This document shows, in pieces, positions 1-11,063 of a stretch of DNA of 64,000 bases. Numbering within the stretch: the stretch's first letter is position 1; the number at the start of each line of letters is the position of its first letter. This stretch comes from a bacterium (lineage in GTDB: Bacteria; UBA8248). Made by a program: the position numbers and the translations under genes. The stretch is from positions 1,344,001 to 1,408,000 of the forward strand of contig OZ244799.1 in the NCBI GenBank assembly GCA_965219955.1, written 5' to 3'. Under the pieces are notes generated by a model, which searched no databases, was not told the origin of the DNA, and saw only the letters and a program-made list of their open reading frames with translations.

Positions 1-646
1 CCCCATGCCCCGGGTCAAGGACGATTCGGCCCAGACCACGGCGAAATCTTTGAGTCAAATTCATATCACGCCGCTCCAGCGTTTTTCGTCGAACGGGCGC
101 TCTGAGCGCGTGGTCGGATGTTTCGGGTTCGGGGCGCTTGCCCCCTCCCCTTTGGGAGGGTTTCGAGATGCTCGTGCTTTTGGCCCATACGTCAACCACG
201 ATGCGCTGCGGACCCGGGAGGGTGAATATCCGGTATTTGACGTCATCTTTTTTCGCGATATCAATCACGAGGCGCAGACTGTTCTTGCGCGGCTTGCCGA
301 ACCTGAGCCGGGATACGATGCTTTTTTCCGGAGAAAATTTCGGAATCCGAGCGCCCCTTCCGAGGCGCCCGCGAGGGATGTCAATGAAAATTCGCGTGGG
401 CTTCTTCAAGTCGCCCGATTTGAAATCAAACGTTTCGCGGTCCAGTATGAAGACGACCCGCGCATAATCCGGGGTGGAGAATTCCCGAATCCCGAGAACG
501 CTGGCGCCCGAACCCCGCGCGCCAGAAGCGCTCCCCTCACCCTGCGCCCAGAAAACAAGCGAAAGAGCGAGAATGAGAAGTGAATTCCCCGGCAGTCTTC
601 CTGTCCTGCTTATCCTGCGCGGCGTGGCGAACGGATTTCCGACCAC
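1..646 (-). CDS. N-acetylmuramoyl-L-alanine amidase (AmiC-like, AMIN + Amidase_3), 3' part runs off the window
   Basis: Not in the ORF track. Manual minus-strand translation from GTG at 646 gives a signal-like stretch (LLILALSLVFWAQ), AMIN-like segments (YARVVFILD, PTRIFIDI, RLVIDI, PQRIVVDV) and ends in the Amidase_3 motif RIVLDPGHG at the window edge. Confidence 0.88.
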   Translation of the reverse strand, partial: MVGNPFATPRRISRTGRLPGNSLLILALSLVFWAQGEGSASGARGSGASVLGIREFSTPDYARVVFILDRETFDFKSGDLKKPTRIFIDIPRGRLGRGARIPKFSPEKSIVSRLRFGKPRKNSLRLVIDIAKKDDVKYRIFTLPGPQRIVVDVWAKSTSISKPSQRGGGKRPEPETSDHALRAPVRRKTLERRDMNLTQRFRRGLGRIVLDPGHG

Positions 647-691
647 AGATACTTCTCCCGTGGCGGGCGGCGTATGTGATGCGGAAATGCC

Positions 692-1981
<1,290 letters not shown>

Positions 1982-2001
1982 TCATTCTGCGCTACGATGT
2001 C

Positions 2002-3180
2002 TTACGCCCCGACGGCCGTCTTCAAATCGGCTGTCTTGTCTGTTTTCTCCCAGGTAAACTCAGGTTCACTCCGGCCGAAGTGTCCATAAGCCGCCGTGTT
2101 CTTGAAGATGGGTCGGCGCAAGTCGAGGTGTTCGATAATCTCCCTGGGCTTGAGACCGAAAACTTCGCGGATGGCCCCCGAGAGGGCATCCGGGTCCACA
2201 TGACTCGTTCCAAAATCCTCGACCAATACGGAAACGGGGTCCGCCACGCCGATGGCGTAGGCGAGTTGCACTTCCGCTGTATCCGCAAGCCCTGCAGCAA
2301 CGATGTTTTTGGCAATATATCGCCCCATATAGGCGGCTGAGCGGTCCACCTTCGAGGGGTCTTTGCCGGAAAATGCGCCGCCACCGTGCCTGCTGTATCC
2401 TCCATAAGTATCCACAATGATTTTCCGGCCCGTGAGTCCCGTGTCGCACATGGGGCCCCCGATGACGAAAAGCCCCGTCGGATTCACATAAAATTCAGTC
2501 TCCTCCGTCGTCATATCTTGCGGGAGTACGGGGCGTATGACTTCACGGATGATGTCTTCACGGATCTGCTCAAGCCCCACATCCTCGGAATGCTGAGCGG
2601 AAATGACCACATTGTCGATCGCCACGGGCTTGCCATCTTCATAACGAACGGATACCTGGCTTTTGCTGTCGGGGCGCAGGTAGTCCAAAACCCCATTTCG
2701 CCTCATATCCGTGGTCCTGCGAACCAGCTTGTGGGCCAACATGATGGGCAGAGGCATCAACTCTTCGGATTCGCGGCAGGCGAATCCAAACATCATCCCC
2801 TGATCTCCCGCCCCTTGTTCCTGGAAAAGTCCTTGCCCCTCCGAGACCCCCAGATCGATGTTGGGCGATTGCCTGTCTATCGCCGTAACGACCGAACATG
2901 TATCGCAATCAAAACCATATGCCGAATTGTCGTAGCCGATGTGCCGAATCGTCTCGCGCGCAATCTCACGCGCATCGTATTGGGCCGCCGTCGTAATCTC
3001 GCCGGCGACGAACACGATACCCGTCGTGATAAGCGTTTCACAAGCAACACGACCGTTGGGGTCTTCTTGAAAAATGGCGTCCAAAACGGAATCGCTTATC
3101 TGATCGGCAATTTTGTCAGGATGTCCCTCCGAAACAGACTCGGAAGTAAAAATATAGTTTTTCACATGATTGGAACCCAT
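2002..3180 (-). CDS. metK: S-adenosylmethionine synthetase
   Basis: [49 protein letters not shown]. Confidence 0.98.
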   Translation of the reverse strand: MGSNHVKNYIFTSESVSEGHPDKIADQISDSVLDAIFQEDPNGRVACETLITTGIVFVAGEITTAAQYDAREIARETIRHIGYDNSAYGFDCDTCSVVTAIDRQSPNIDLGVSEGQGLFQEQGAGDQGMMFGFACRESEELMPLPIMLAHKLVRRTTDMRRNGVLDYLRPDSKSQVSVRYEDGKPVAIDNVVISAQHSEDVGLEQIREDIIREVIRPVLPQDMTTEETEFYVNPTGLFVIGGPMCDTGLTGRKIIVDTYGGYSRHGGGAFSGKDPSKVDRSAAYMGRYIAKNIVAAGLADTAEVQLAYAIGVADPVSVLVEDFGTSHVDPDALSGAIREVFGLKPREIIEHLDLRRPIFKNTAAYGHFGRSEPEFTWEKTDKTADLKTAVGA

Positions 3181-3399
3181 CTACAATCTCCCAGAAATTG
3201 GAGGTCGCCATCGAGTCAAGAAAAGAAGGCCTCGCTGGACGATATTCATTTTCCGGCGTCTTTTATCATTTCTTGAAATTGGACGGAAGCGCACGGGAAA
3301 AATGTTGATTTTTCGTAAAGACTACCTTTGAGAAAGTTCCTGCATCCAGGGCGGAAAGGAACAATTTTCTTCTCGATATATTTGCATTAAATATATAAT

Positions 3400-3412
3400 T
3401 ATCAATGCGTTA
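3400..3412. promoter_or_regulatory. candidate IHF binding site upstream of metK
   Basis: TATCAATGCGTTA matches WATCAANNNNTTR exactly and is preceded by an A/T tract. Confidence 0.4.
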
Positions 3413-3479
3413 AATAGTATTTACCACGATACGCTCGAATATCCTACACTTTTAATATTCGGTGCATTCTTATTGAACG

Positions 3480-3761
3480 CTACCCCGTTTCTCCAAAGCC
3501 GGTTCGAATCAAATCCGCCAATTCCGCCACCGCTGCCTCTTCATCCGAACCATAAGCGCTTATCAGGAGTTCCGAGCCGGGGGTCGCGGCAAGCATCATG
3601 ACGCCCATGATGCTCTTTCCGTCCACCTCCATATCCCGGAATCGCACGAGAATTTCGCTATCGAATTTGCTCGACAGCCTCACGAATTTAGCCGCTGCCC
3701 TGGCGTGAAGCCCCATTTGATTGCTGATGCTGACTCTTTGTTCCGCCATGACGGCGCTCAT
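3480..3761 (-). CDS. ptsH: phosphocarrier protein HPr
   Basis: GLHARAA (His15) and GKSIMGVMML (Ser46). ATGA overlap with the upstream EIIA gene. Confidence 0.95.
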   Translation of the reverse strand: MSAVMAEQRVSISNQMGLHARAAAKFVRLSSKFDSEILVRFRDMEVDGKSIMGVMMLAATPGSELLISAYGSDEEAAVAELADLIRTGFGETG

Positions 3762-4180
3762 TCCTCCTTGGCTGGGCGTTGTTTTGCTGAATTGATCATT
3801 TCACTCGGCTGGGCCAGGTTCCGCCTCCCATACTCTACTAAAAAACGCGCCGCCTCGGAGACAGTCTTCCCCTCAATAAACGACAGCTTCAAGAGCATCG
3901 GTAAATTCACTCCCGTCACCACCTCCACTCCGGGGTGATTCAGCATGGCGATAGCCGCATTCGTTGGAGCGCCTCCCATCATATCCGTCATGATAATCAC
4001 CCCCTCACCCGTTTCCACCTCTGCAACCGCTTTTTCTATCTTTTCCGTAAAACCGGCGGGGTCGGCGTCTGGCTGCAACGAGAGCGCCTTCATTTGAGTT
4101 GCGCCTGACAAGACGGACTCGGCTGCATGCAGCAACGCATCCGGATAATCTCCATGGCCAACAATCACCAAACCAATCAT
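3758..4180 (-). CDS. PTS mannose/fructose-family EIIA component (stand-alone)
   Basis: MIGLVIVGHG (phospho-His), TDMMGGAP, VVTGVNLPMLL. Confidence 0.92.
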   Translation of the reverse strand: MIGLVIVGHGDYPDALLHAAESVLSGATQMKALSLQPDADPAGFTEKIEKAVAEVETGEGVIIMTDMMGGAPTNAAIAMLNHPGVEVVTGVNLPMLLKLSFIEGKTVSEAARFLVEYGRRNLAQPSEMINSAKQRPAKEE

Positions 4181-4206
4181 GCGAGACCTCTTGTTCCCTT
4201 CGCTTT

Positions 4207-5145
4207 CTAGCCCGTCGACTCGAGTGCAATCCGGGCGGAGAGCGTGCGGCTGAATTCTTCTGCCGAGAAATACCCCATACGCTGCAATAACAGGTTCCTG
4301 GCGGCCACTTCGATCAGCGTGGGGATATTCCTCCCGGGCGCAACCGGGATTTTCACGTGCGGCAGGTCTTTGTCCAGGATATTCTGGGTCTCGATGTCGA
4401 TTCCGAGGCGCTCGAAAGGCAAATCCGGGCTCCAGGGAATCAACTCCACGACAATATCGACATTTTTTTCATATCGAATCGCAACGACCCCAAAAAGGTC
4501 TTTCAGATTCAGTATTCCAAGACCCCTCACCTCGATATGATGCTTGAGCAATTCCGTGCTTTTTCCGACCAACTCATTCCCACGCAGCTGGATATCCACC
4601 ACATCGTCGGCGACGAGTCGATGTCCCCGCGTGACGAGATGCAGCGCGCACTCGCTCTTTCCGATGCCGCTTTTCCCCTGAATCAGCACACCGACGCCGT
4701 ACAAGTCGACAAGGACGCCGTGCAACCTGGCATGCTGGGAGAGATGCTCTTCGAGATATCCCGATAATTTCGGCATCAGATCCTTACCAGGCAGGCCCGA
4801 GAGTATAATCGGCACACCGGACTGCTCGGATGCTTCTCTGATATCCGGGAAGATATACTTGCCTCCCGTAACCAGTACGGCGCACAGCGGCATACGAAAA
4901 TATTTGCGCACCGCCTCTATTCTCTCCTCCTCCACCAGGTCTTCCAGAAAACCGACCTCGGTGCTCCCCCATACCTGAATCCTCTCCGGGTGCACAGCTT
5001 TCAGGAATCCGGCAAGAGGCAAGCCGTTTTTCTGGAAATGCGTATGGTTGATCCAGCGCCCCATGCCGGATTCGCCCGAGAGGATGGATAACTTCAACTC
5101 CTCCCGCAGATCTTCATACAATTGAGATACCGAGAGCTTGCTCAT
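4207..5145 (-). CDS. hprK: HPr kinase/phosphorylase
   Basis: HGVLVDLYGVGVLIQGKSGIGKSE, GHRLVADD, HIEVRGLGI, PVAPGRN. Confidence 0.96.
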   Translation of the reverse strand: MSKLSVSQLYEDLREELKLSILSGESGMGRWINHTHFQKNGLPLAGFLKAVHPERIQVWGSTEVGFLEDLVEEERIEAVRKYFRMPLCAVLVTGGKYIFPDIREASEQSGVPIILSGLPGKDLMPKLSGYLEEHLSQHARLHGVLVDLYGVGVLIQGKSGIGKSECALHLVTRGHRLVADDVVDIQLRGNELVGKSTELLKHHIEVRGLGILNLKDLFGVVAIRYEKNVDIVVELIPWSPDLPFERLGIDIETQNILDKDLPHVKIPVAPGRNIPTLIEVAARNLLLQRMGYFSAEEFSRTLSARIALESTG

Positions 5146-5399
5146 CACGTTCCTCGACACTGAATACATCCAAGAGATTCAGAGTCCGATCTCGGAGATG
5201 CGAGTGAACAACCGGCACGAAACCTCAACGACGCCATACCGCGTACCGGGAAATGGAACGGCCAATTTCTTTGGATGATAACAAACATTCCTGATATTTT
5301 CAGAAATCCGCATGTCCCTGGAGACTCTTGCCCACTCCCGTGAACCACGGTTGTGGATAGATACGAAATACGAGTCAATACATCAGCCGCTTCAGAGTG

Positions 5400-6842
5400 T
5401 CACTGGCGCATTTTGCGTCTTTTGCTGGCGGGAGAGATGCGCAGCGCCTTGCGGTATTTCGTCACCGTCCGCCTCGCTATCGCCACGTTGTCCTGCTCGA
5501 GCCTCTCCACGATTTGCTGGTCGGTGAGCGGCTTCTCGGGGTTTTCCTGTTCCACGATTTTCCTGATTGTTTCTTTCACGGCCACCGAAGAGGCGCTCTT
5601 CCCCAAACCAGATTCCAGTCCGCTGTGGAAAAAATACTTGAAGCTTAAAACACCCTGCGGCGTATCCATATATTTGCCCGTCGTGGCACGACTCACGGTT
5701 GATTCGTGCATCCCGATATCCATCGCCACATCTCTCAAAACCAGGGGCCTCAGGCGACTCACGCCATGGTCCAGAAAATCTCTCTGGAAACGCACGATGC
5801 TTCGGCAGATTTTGAGAATCGTCTGCCTTCTCTGCTCTATGCTCTTGACGAACCAGGCAGCCGCCCTGAGGCGCTCATCCAAATATTTCCTTGTATCGGG
5901 GGCGGTTCCCGCTTTGTCGGCCGCCATGGCCGCATAAAGAGAATTCACACGCAGGAGCGGCAGACCATCGTCATTGAGCGTCACCTCATAATCATCTCCC
6001 CTTCTGGTGACGCTCACGTCCGGGGCCACTACCTCCACTCTTTGTTCGGAAAAACGCAAGCCCGGGCAAGGGTCCAGACTTCGAATGATGTGGACGGCCC
6101 GGATGATGTCGTCCACATCGACACCGTTAACCCTGGCGAGTTTCGCATATTGACGCTCACCTATCTTCTCAATGTCCTCAAGCACCAGGACCCGCGCCAA
6201 ATCCACGAAAGCGGTGTTCCCGTTTATGGATAAGTCAATATTCTTCAATTGGATAAGAAGGCATTCCTGAAGTGTTCTCGCAGCAATGCCCGGCGGGCTG
6301 AAGCCTTGCACCAAAGCCAATGCCTTATCAGCCTCAAGCGGCCCCAGACCCACGCCCGCCGCCAGCTCCTCCGCATCAGCGTCCAGATAACCCTCGTCAT
6401 TCACATTCCAGATAATTTGCCCGGCAACCCTTGCTACCGGTTCAGGGACCACCGAAAGACTCAATTGCCATTCCAGGTGCTCATGCAGCGTATCGGACCG
6501 CGCCAGGGTCTGTTCATGAGAGGAGAATTCGTCTTCGAAGGCCGGAGGCGAGAAATCATCATAATTGTCCTGCACGATGTTTTCCCAATCGATTTCCACT
6601 TCGCCTCTTTCATCATTTTGACTCTCGGGAACATCGTCTCTCAATTCCGGCATCTCGCCATCGGCCACTTCCTGCGCTTCATCCTGAATTTCTTCCAGCA
6701 AGGGATTGTCCAACATTTCCTGCTGAACAGCTTGCTGCATTTCCGTGCGGTTCAGAGGCAAAAGGCCAATCGCCTGCCGCAACATGGCGGTCATGACGAG
6801 GCGTTGCTCCCCCCTCATCGCCATCTTGTGCTGCAAAGCCAT
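5400..6842 (-). CDS. rpoN: RNA polymerase sigma-54 factor
   Basis: NPLLE, HESTVSRA HTH and RpoN box ARRTVTKYR. Confidence 0.97.
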   Translation of the reverse strand: MALQHKMAMRGEQRLVMTAMLRQAIGLLPLNRTEMQQAVQQEMLDNPLLEEIQDEAQEVADGEMPELRDDVPESQNDERGEVEIDWENIVQDNYDDFSPPAFEDEFSSHEQTLARSDTLHEHLEWQLSLSVVPEPVARVAGQIIWNVNDEGYLDADAEELAAGVGLGPLEADKALALVQGFSPPGIAARTLQECLLIQLKNIDLSINGNTAFVDLARVLVLEDIEKIGERQYAKLARVNGVDVDDIIRAVHIIRSLDPCPGLRFSEQRVEVVAPDVSVTRRGDDYEVTLNDDGLPLLRVNSLYAAMAADKAGTAPDTRKYLDERLRAAAWFVKSIEQRRQTILKICRSIVRFQRDFLDHGVSRLRPLVLRDVAMDIGMHESTVSRATTGKYMDTPQGVLSFKYFFHSGLESGLGKSASSVAVKETIRKIVEQENPEKPLTDQQIVERLEQDNVAIARRTVTKYRKALRISPASKRRKMRQ

Positions 6843-6859
6843 GTCTGTTCCCCTTGCCT

Positions 6860-7624
6860 TCAAAGACGAAATTTTTCGCCCAGATAAACGTCCCGCGCCT
6901 TGTCGCTCGAAGCGATGTCCTCCGGGACACCGGACTCCAGTATCCGCCCCTCATTGATGATGTATATCCTGTCGGATATCTGAAAGGCCTCGCGCACATT
7001 GTGGTCCGTGATGATGACCCCGATCCCACGAGCCTTCAGGCCCGCTACAATTTCCTGGATATCGTGAACCACAATGGGATCAATGCCGGCGAAAGGCTCA
7101 TCAAGGAGCATGAAAGCGGGATTCGTGGCCAGTGCCCGGGCAATTTCCACACGCCTTCTTTCACCGCCGGAGAGAGCGTAGCCCTTCACGGATTCAATGT
7201 GCCTGATATCCAGATCCTCCAGGATCTCGTTCAATCGACTCTCGCGATGGCTTGAATCACGGGAAACCAATTCAAGCACCGCCATGATGTTTTGCCTCAC
7301 CGAAAGGCGACGAAACACAGACGCCTCTTGCGGCAAATAACTGATTCCCTGCTTGGCGCGCATATACATGGGCTGGCCGGTGATTTCCCTGCCATTCAAA
7401 AATATTTCCCCCGCATCCGGAACGACCAGCCCTACAATCATATTAAATATCGTCGTCTTGCCGGCCCCGTTGGGCCCAAGCAAACCCACGATTTCGCCGG
7501 GCTGCACTTCGAGTTCCACACCGGAGACAACCTCTCGGCCGGAATAGCTTTTCGTCAATCCGGTCGCGCGAACGGAAACAGCACCCGTGCGTCGTATCGC
7601 ATTGCCGTCGGTTCGCGTAGCCAT
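6860..7624 (-). CDS. lptB: LPS export ABC transporter ATPase
   Basis: [46 protein letters not shown]. Start placed at the ATG just after the lptA stop. Confidence 0.96.
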   Translation of the reverse strand: MATRTDGNAIRRTGAVSVRATGLTKSYSGREVVSGVELEVQPGEIVGLLGPNGAGKTTIFNMIVGLVVPDAGEIFLNGREITGQPMYMRAKQGISYLPQEASVFRRLSVRQNIMAVLELVSRDSSHRESRLNEILEDLDIRHIESVKGYALSGGERRRVEIARALATNPAFMLLDEPFAGIDPIVVHDIQEIVAGLKARGIGVIITDHNVREAFQISDRIYIINEGRILESGVPEDIASSDKARDVYLGEKFRL

Positions 7625-7628
7625 GAGC

Positions 7629-8222
7629 CTAGTTGGATTTTTTGCGGCGGGGGGTCTCGCTGGAAGGAAAAAGGGTGACACTGACTCTCCGGCGAGGCGA
7701 GCCATGAACTATCGTTTTATCTTCTTTCAAATTCAACTCTATTTTGGAGCCGACCAACTGATTCTTTCCTTCCCAGACACGAGGACTGCCCGTCAAAACA
7801 GCGATGCCGGTGGAATCCCGATATTCAAGCCGGGCGGCAGTGGCGAACCTCCTCTTCGCCTGATCCATCATCACGTTCCCGGTGGCCACGATCCTGTCGA
7901 CCTCCCCCGCATCGTCTTTGGAAGCCGGCCCGCGCTTCGAGCCCGGTCGTTTGGCTTTCAGTGTATATACTTCGAGGCGATTCGCCTTTATGTGCATGTT
8001 CCCCTGGTTCGCCTTTACATCTCCGATGAACACGATGAGATTCTTCCGGCTGTTCACTTCCATCTTGTCGGAGGTAATGTGGATGGGGGCCTTGCGGTTT
8101 AATCGGCTCTGCTTATTTTGCTGCTGTGCAAATGAGTTAGCGCCGCTCCATAATAAAAAAACCAGGCAAGACCCCAAAACAATGGGGCCGAGGCGCTTCA
8201 GGCGGTAGGTTTTCGGTTTCAA
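7629..8222 (-). CDS. lptA: LPS transport periplasmic protein
   Basis: Signal peptide, [27 protein letters not shown] beta-jellyroll pattern. Lies between lptC and lptB. Confidence 0.9.
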   Translation of the reverse strand: MKPKTYRLKRLGPIVLGSCLVFLLWSGANSFAQQQNKQSRLNRKAPIHITSDKMEVNSRKNLIVFIGDVKANQGNMHIKANRLEVYTLKAKRPGSKRGPASKDDAGEVDRIVATGNVMMDQAKRRFATAARLEYRDSTGIAVLTGSPRVWEGKNQLVGSKIELNLKEDKTIVHGSPRRRVSVTLFPSSETPRRKKSN

Positions 8223-8276
8223 AACAGCCCTCCATTGGGGATCGGCCGTATATTCCCTCAGTTGGCACGAATTGAC

Positions 8277-8870
8277 TTATCTCCTCTTTGCTTGCTTGAG
8301 GAAACCCTCGCTCGCACCGTATATCGTAGCGCTGACTTTCTCCTTCAGCTTATAATTCCCCAGATCGGTTCGCCCTTGCAGGCCGGTGCCAACCAGACGA
8401 AAACGAGACCCCTCCATCAAAACCCGCGAATCCGTATCAATACGTTTTTCTTTCGAGCGAAAATACAGAGAGTCTGTTTTCATTGAAACGCCATTCGACG
8501 CCAGGATGGTGACATTGCCGCTGATCCTGATGTTTCGACTCTCGTTCTGCATCGTGCCTTCCTGAGCAATCACATGCGACGGTTCACCTTCTTTCGGATA
8601 AAAACGAAGCTTCAGGTTCTTCAGAATGGTCAAACCTTTCTGACGGTAGACCTTTGCGGAATCCGCCCATAACTCCCATTCCCTGACGCCTTTCGTGTTT
8701 TGAACAACATGCACTTTGTCTATGTTAAAGTCTGCATCCGAGTCGGTGAACGAAATTTTTCCTGCATCGAGATAATGACTCGAAGTACCCACGATGAAAT
8801 AGGCAATAGTACCGCCAACCGCGAGCAGAAAGCCCAGCAATCCCACTCTCAGCATCTTACGGAAAAGCAT
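8277..8870 (-). CDS. lptC: LPS export periplasmic protein
   Basis: N-terminal TM, WELWADSA, ISGNV, KTDSL. Canonical position before lptA-lptB. Confidence 0.88.
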   Translation of the reverse strand: MLFRKMLRVGLLGFLLAVGGTIAYFIVGTSSHYLDAGKISFTDSDADFNIDKVHVVQNTKGVREWELWADSAKVYRQKGLTILKNLKLRFYPKEGEPSHVIAQEGTMQNESRNIRISGNVTILASNGVSMKTDSLYFRSKEKRIDTDSRVLMEGSRFRLVGTGLQGRTDLGNYKLKEKVSATIYGASEGFLKQAKRR

Positions 8871-8992
8871 CGCAAACCTTCTGAAGCACAGGCGGTATTC
8901 AACGTCAAAATATGCTATGTCTGCGATAAGAGATTCATCCCCCCAGAACCACGAAATTTATCTTCCTGCTCCGGTTACCCTCTTATTTCAAA

Positions 8993-9015
8993 GTGCATAT
9001 GCAAAAATAATGCCC
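8993..9015 (-). promoter_or_regulatory. palindromic motif TGCATATGCA overlapping a sigma-54-like -24/-12 element upstream of lptCAB-rpoN
   Basis: Minus strand reads GGGCATTATTTTTGCATATGCAC, with correct GG-N10-GC spacing. The same 14-mer recurs at 31119-31132. Confidence 0.45.
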
Positions 9016-9059
9016 TGGTAGATTGCCACCCTTTCCTTTTTTTGTAAAGAAGAATTATT

Positions 9060-9494
9060 TCATGGCCGGAAAATGGATAAGCGTCGACTGCTGTCTCCCA
9101 CAATCTCAAATTTGACGTGAGTCAGTAAAGAGAAACGCCATTTCTCCACATGGTTAGGCCACTCGATCAACACAAAATCGCTATCGCCGATATGATCCCA
9201 CAAACCCATTTCCTTGAGGTCTGAACCCTTCGGGAGTCGATACAGGTCGATATGGTGTACGGGTGGTATTGTCGGATAGTGGTGAATGTAAACAAAAGTG
9301 GGACTTCTGACAGTTCGCCCTTCTCCGCCGGACATCGATTCGATAAAACCTTTGGCAAACACCGTCTTTCCGGCGCCTAGATCACCATCGAGCAGAATGA
9401 CCTCGCCGGGCCTCGATACTTTTGCCAAACGAGCACCCAACCCGGCCGTTTGCTCAACCGAGTCGCTTTGCATCTGAAAAGGGAGTTCAAGCAG
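9060..9494 (-). CDS. tsaE: tRNA threonylcarbamoyladenosine biosynthesis ATPase
   Basis: GDLGAGKT, VRSPTF, HIDLYRL, LIEW. Start uncertain (CTG 9494 after GGAGG, or ATG 9473). Confidence 0.93.
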   Translation of the reverse strand: MLELPFQMQSDSVEQTAGLGARLAKVSRPGEVILLDGDLGAGKTVFAKGFIESMSGGEGRTVRSPTFVYIHHYPTIPPVHHIDLYRLPKGSDLKEMGLWDHIGDSDFVLIEWPNHVEKWRFSLLTHVKFEIVGDSSRRLSIFRP

Positions 9495-11061
9495 TTTTGG
9501 AACCTCCTGCTTCCATGAGCACTTCCCTCCTCGCCCTGGGAAGGGCCTGTATGATATCGGTTGCCGTGATTCCGAGCCCGCCCACTTCCAGGGACGCCAA
9601 TTCGCCTGACAAGCCATGCAGATAAACCCCGCAAGCCAAAGCCCATTTTCGGGAAAGCCCCTGGGCGAGCAAGGCGCCGATGACGCCCGCCAATACATCT
9701 CCACTTCCGGCGGTGGCCATATTGGAATTTCCCGTGGGGTTGTACCAGATTTCCCCATCCGATGTGGCGACAATCGTTCCCCAGCCCTTCAAGGCGACAT
9801 CAAGATGGTGTTGCGCAGCAAACGAGCTTGCATGCGTAACGCGATCTTCTTGCACTTCCCTCGTCGAGATTCCGAGAAGCCTCGCCATTTCTCCAGGATG
9901 AGGCGTCAGGATCAGCTGAGCCAGTCTGCCATCCAGGATGGTCAAATCCTGCGCAAGCGCATTCAGGCCATCGGCATCGAGGACGATGGGAGCATCAACG
10001 TGCTGGATGAGGCGGTGAACAAGCTCCATCGTTCTCGGATTCGTCATCAGCCCGGGTCCAACGACCAGGGCACTCATGTCTTCTGAACGCTCGACGATAA
10101 AATCGAACGCCGATGCATCCACAGATCCGGATTCCGTCGCCGGCAAAGATAGCGCCATGACTTCGGGATACATGCTCTCTACCAGGGGATAAATACTTTC
10201 CGGCACAGCAAGCGTCACCCGGCCAGCGCCCGAACGAAGAGCCGACATGGCCGCCATCAAAGCGGCTCCCGACATACCGGGCGCTCCAGCTATCAACAAA
10301 AGGTGGCCGGCGTCCCCTTTGTGCGCATCGGGGCGCCTTTCCGGCAAATTTTCAGCCACATCAAAAGGTTCCGTAACGTGGAGTGAAATATTCTCTTCTT
10401 TCAGACACTCCTGCGGGATCCCGATGTCGAGAGATATGACCTCTCCTGCATGCTCGGCGGCAGGCATGAGAAGATGGCCCCGTTTGAGGGCGCCCAAAGC
10501 CAAAGTGATCTCTGCATCGATATACGGAAGTTCAGCCCTGCCCGTAGTGGCGTCGAGCCCGGACGGCATATCAATGGCCACTACCGGGGTCTCGCCGGCG
10601 GAAAGGATGCGGACGGCCTCCTCCGGAAGGCCCCGGGCAGGCGGCCGGAACCCGGTTCCCAGAATGGCGTCTATTATCAGATCCGCATTCTTCCCCATCT
10701 CCTCCAGCAGCGAGGCGTTATCCTCCGCCACCTCCAGGATGGGAATTCGCATCTTCTCGAGCGATTTCAAAAAAATGGCCGGGTCGCCCGCGGCTTCTCT
10801 CAGAGGAAACAAAGCCGCGACATCGACGTCGGCTCCGGCATTGCGTAAATGCCTGGCAACAACGAAGCCATCCCCACCGTTGTTCCCTTTTCCGCAAACG
10901 ACCAGAACACGGAGACCGGCTCTGCCGTATTTTTCCCAGATCGCTTGAGCGGATTTTGCCCCTGCCGTCTCCATCAGGCATGTGGAGGGAATTCCATAAT
11001 CCTGAATCGCCCGGTTGTCGATATTCGACATTTCCTGGGCTGTTGCGACGGGAATCGGCAT
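9487..11061 (-). CDS. nnr: bifunctional NAD(P)H-hydrate epimerase/dehydratase
   Basis: CGKGNNGGDG, DAILGTG, DMPSG, HKGDAG, LDADGLN, TPHPGE, ATAGSGDVLAG. Confidence 0.96.
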   Translation of the reverse strand: MPIPVATAQEMSNIDNRAIQDYGIPSTCLMETAGAKSAQAIWEKYGRAGLRVLVVCGKGNNGGDGFVVARHLRNAGADVDVAALFPLREAAGDPAIFLKSLEKMRIPILEVAEDNASLLEEMGKNADLIIDAILGTGFRPPARGLPEEAVRILSAGETPVVAIDMPSGLDATTGRAELPYIDAEITLALGALKRGHLLMPAAEHAGEVISLDIGIPQECLKEENISLHVTEPFDVAENLPERRPDAHKGDAGHLLLIAGAPGMSGAALMAAMSALRSGAGRVTLAVPESIYPLVESMYPEVMALSLPATESGSVDASAFDFIVERSEDMSALVVGPGLMTNPRTMELVHRLIQHVDAPIVLDADGLNALAQDLTILDGRLAQLILTPHPGEMARLLGISTREVQEDRVTHASSFAAQHHLDVALKGWGTIVATSDGEIWYNPTGNSNMATAGSGDVLAGVIGALLAQGLSRKWALACGVYLHGLSGELASLEVGGLGITATDIIQALPRARREVLMEAGGSKTA

Positions 11062-11063
11062 GC

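Noticed and set aside
5-583. 192-aa plus-strand ORF
   Set aside because: Antisense shadow of the minus-strand amidase gene, which has clear motifs.
5145-5378. 77-aa ORF as hpf or other small gene
   Set aside because: No resemblance to Hpf, no RBS, atypical composition.
8262-8276. TGGCACGAATTGAC as a sigma-54 promoter
   Set aside because: Wrong -24/-12 spacing, no GC at -12, and it points antisense.
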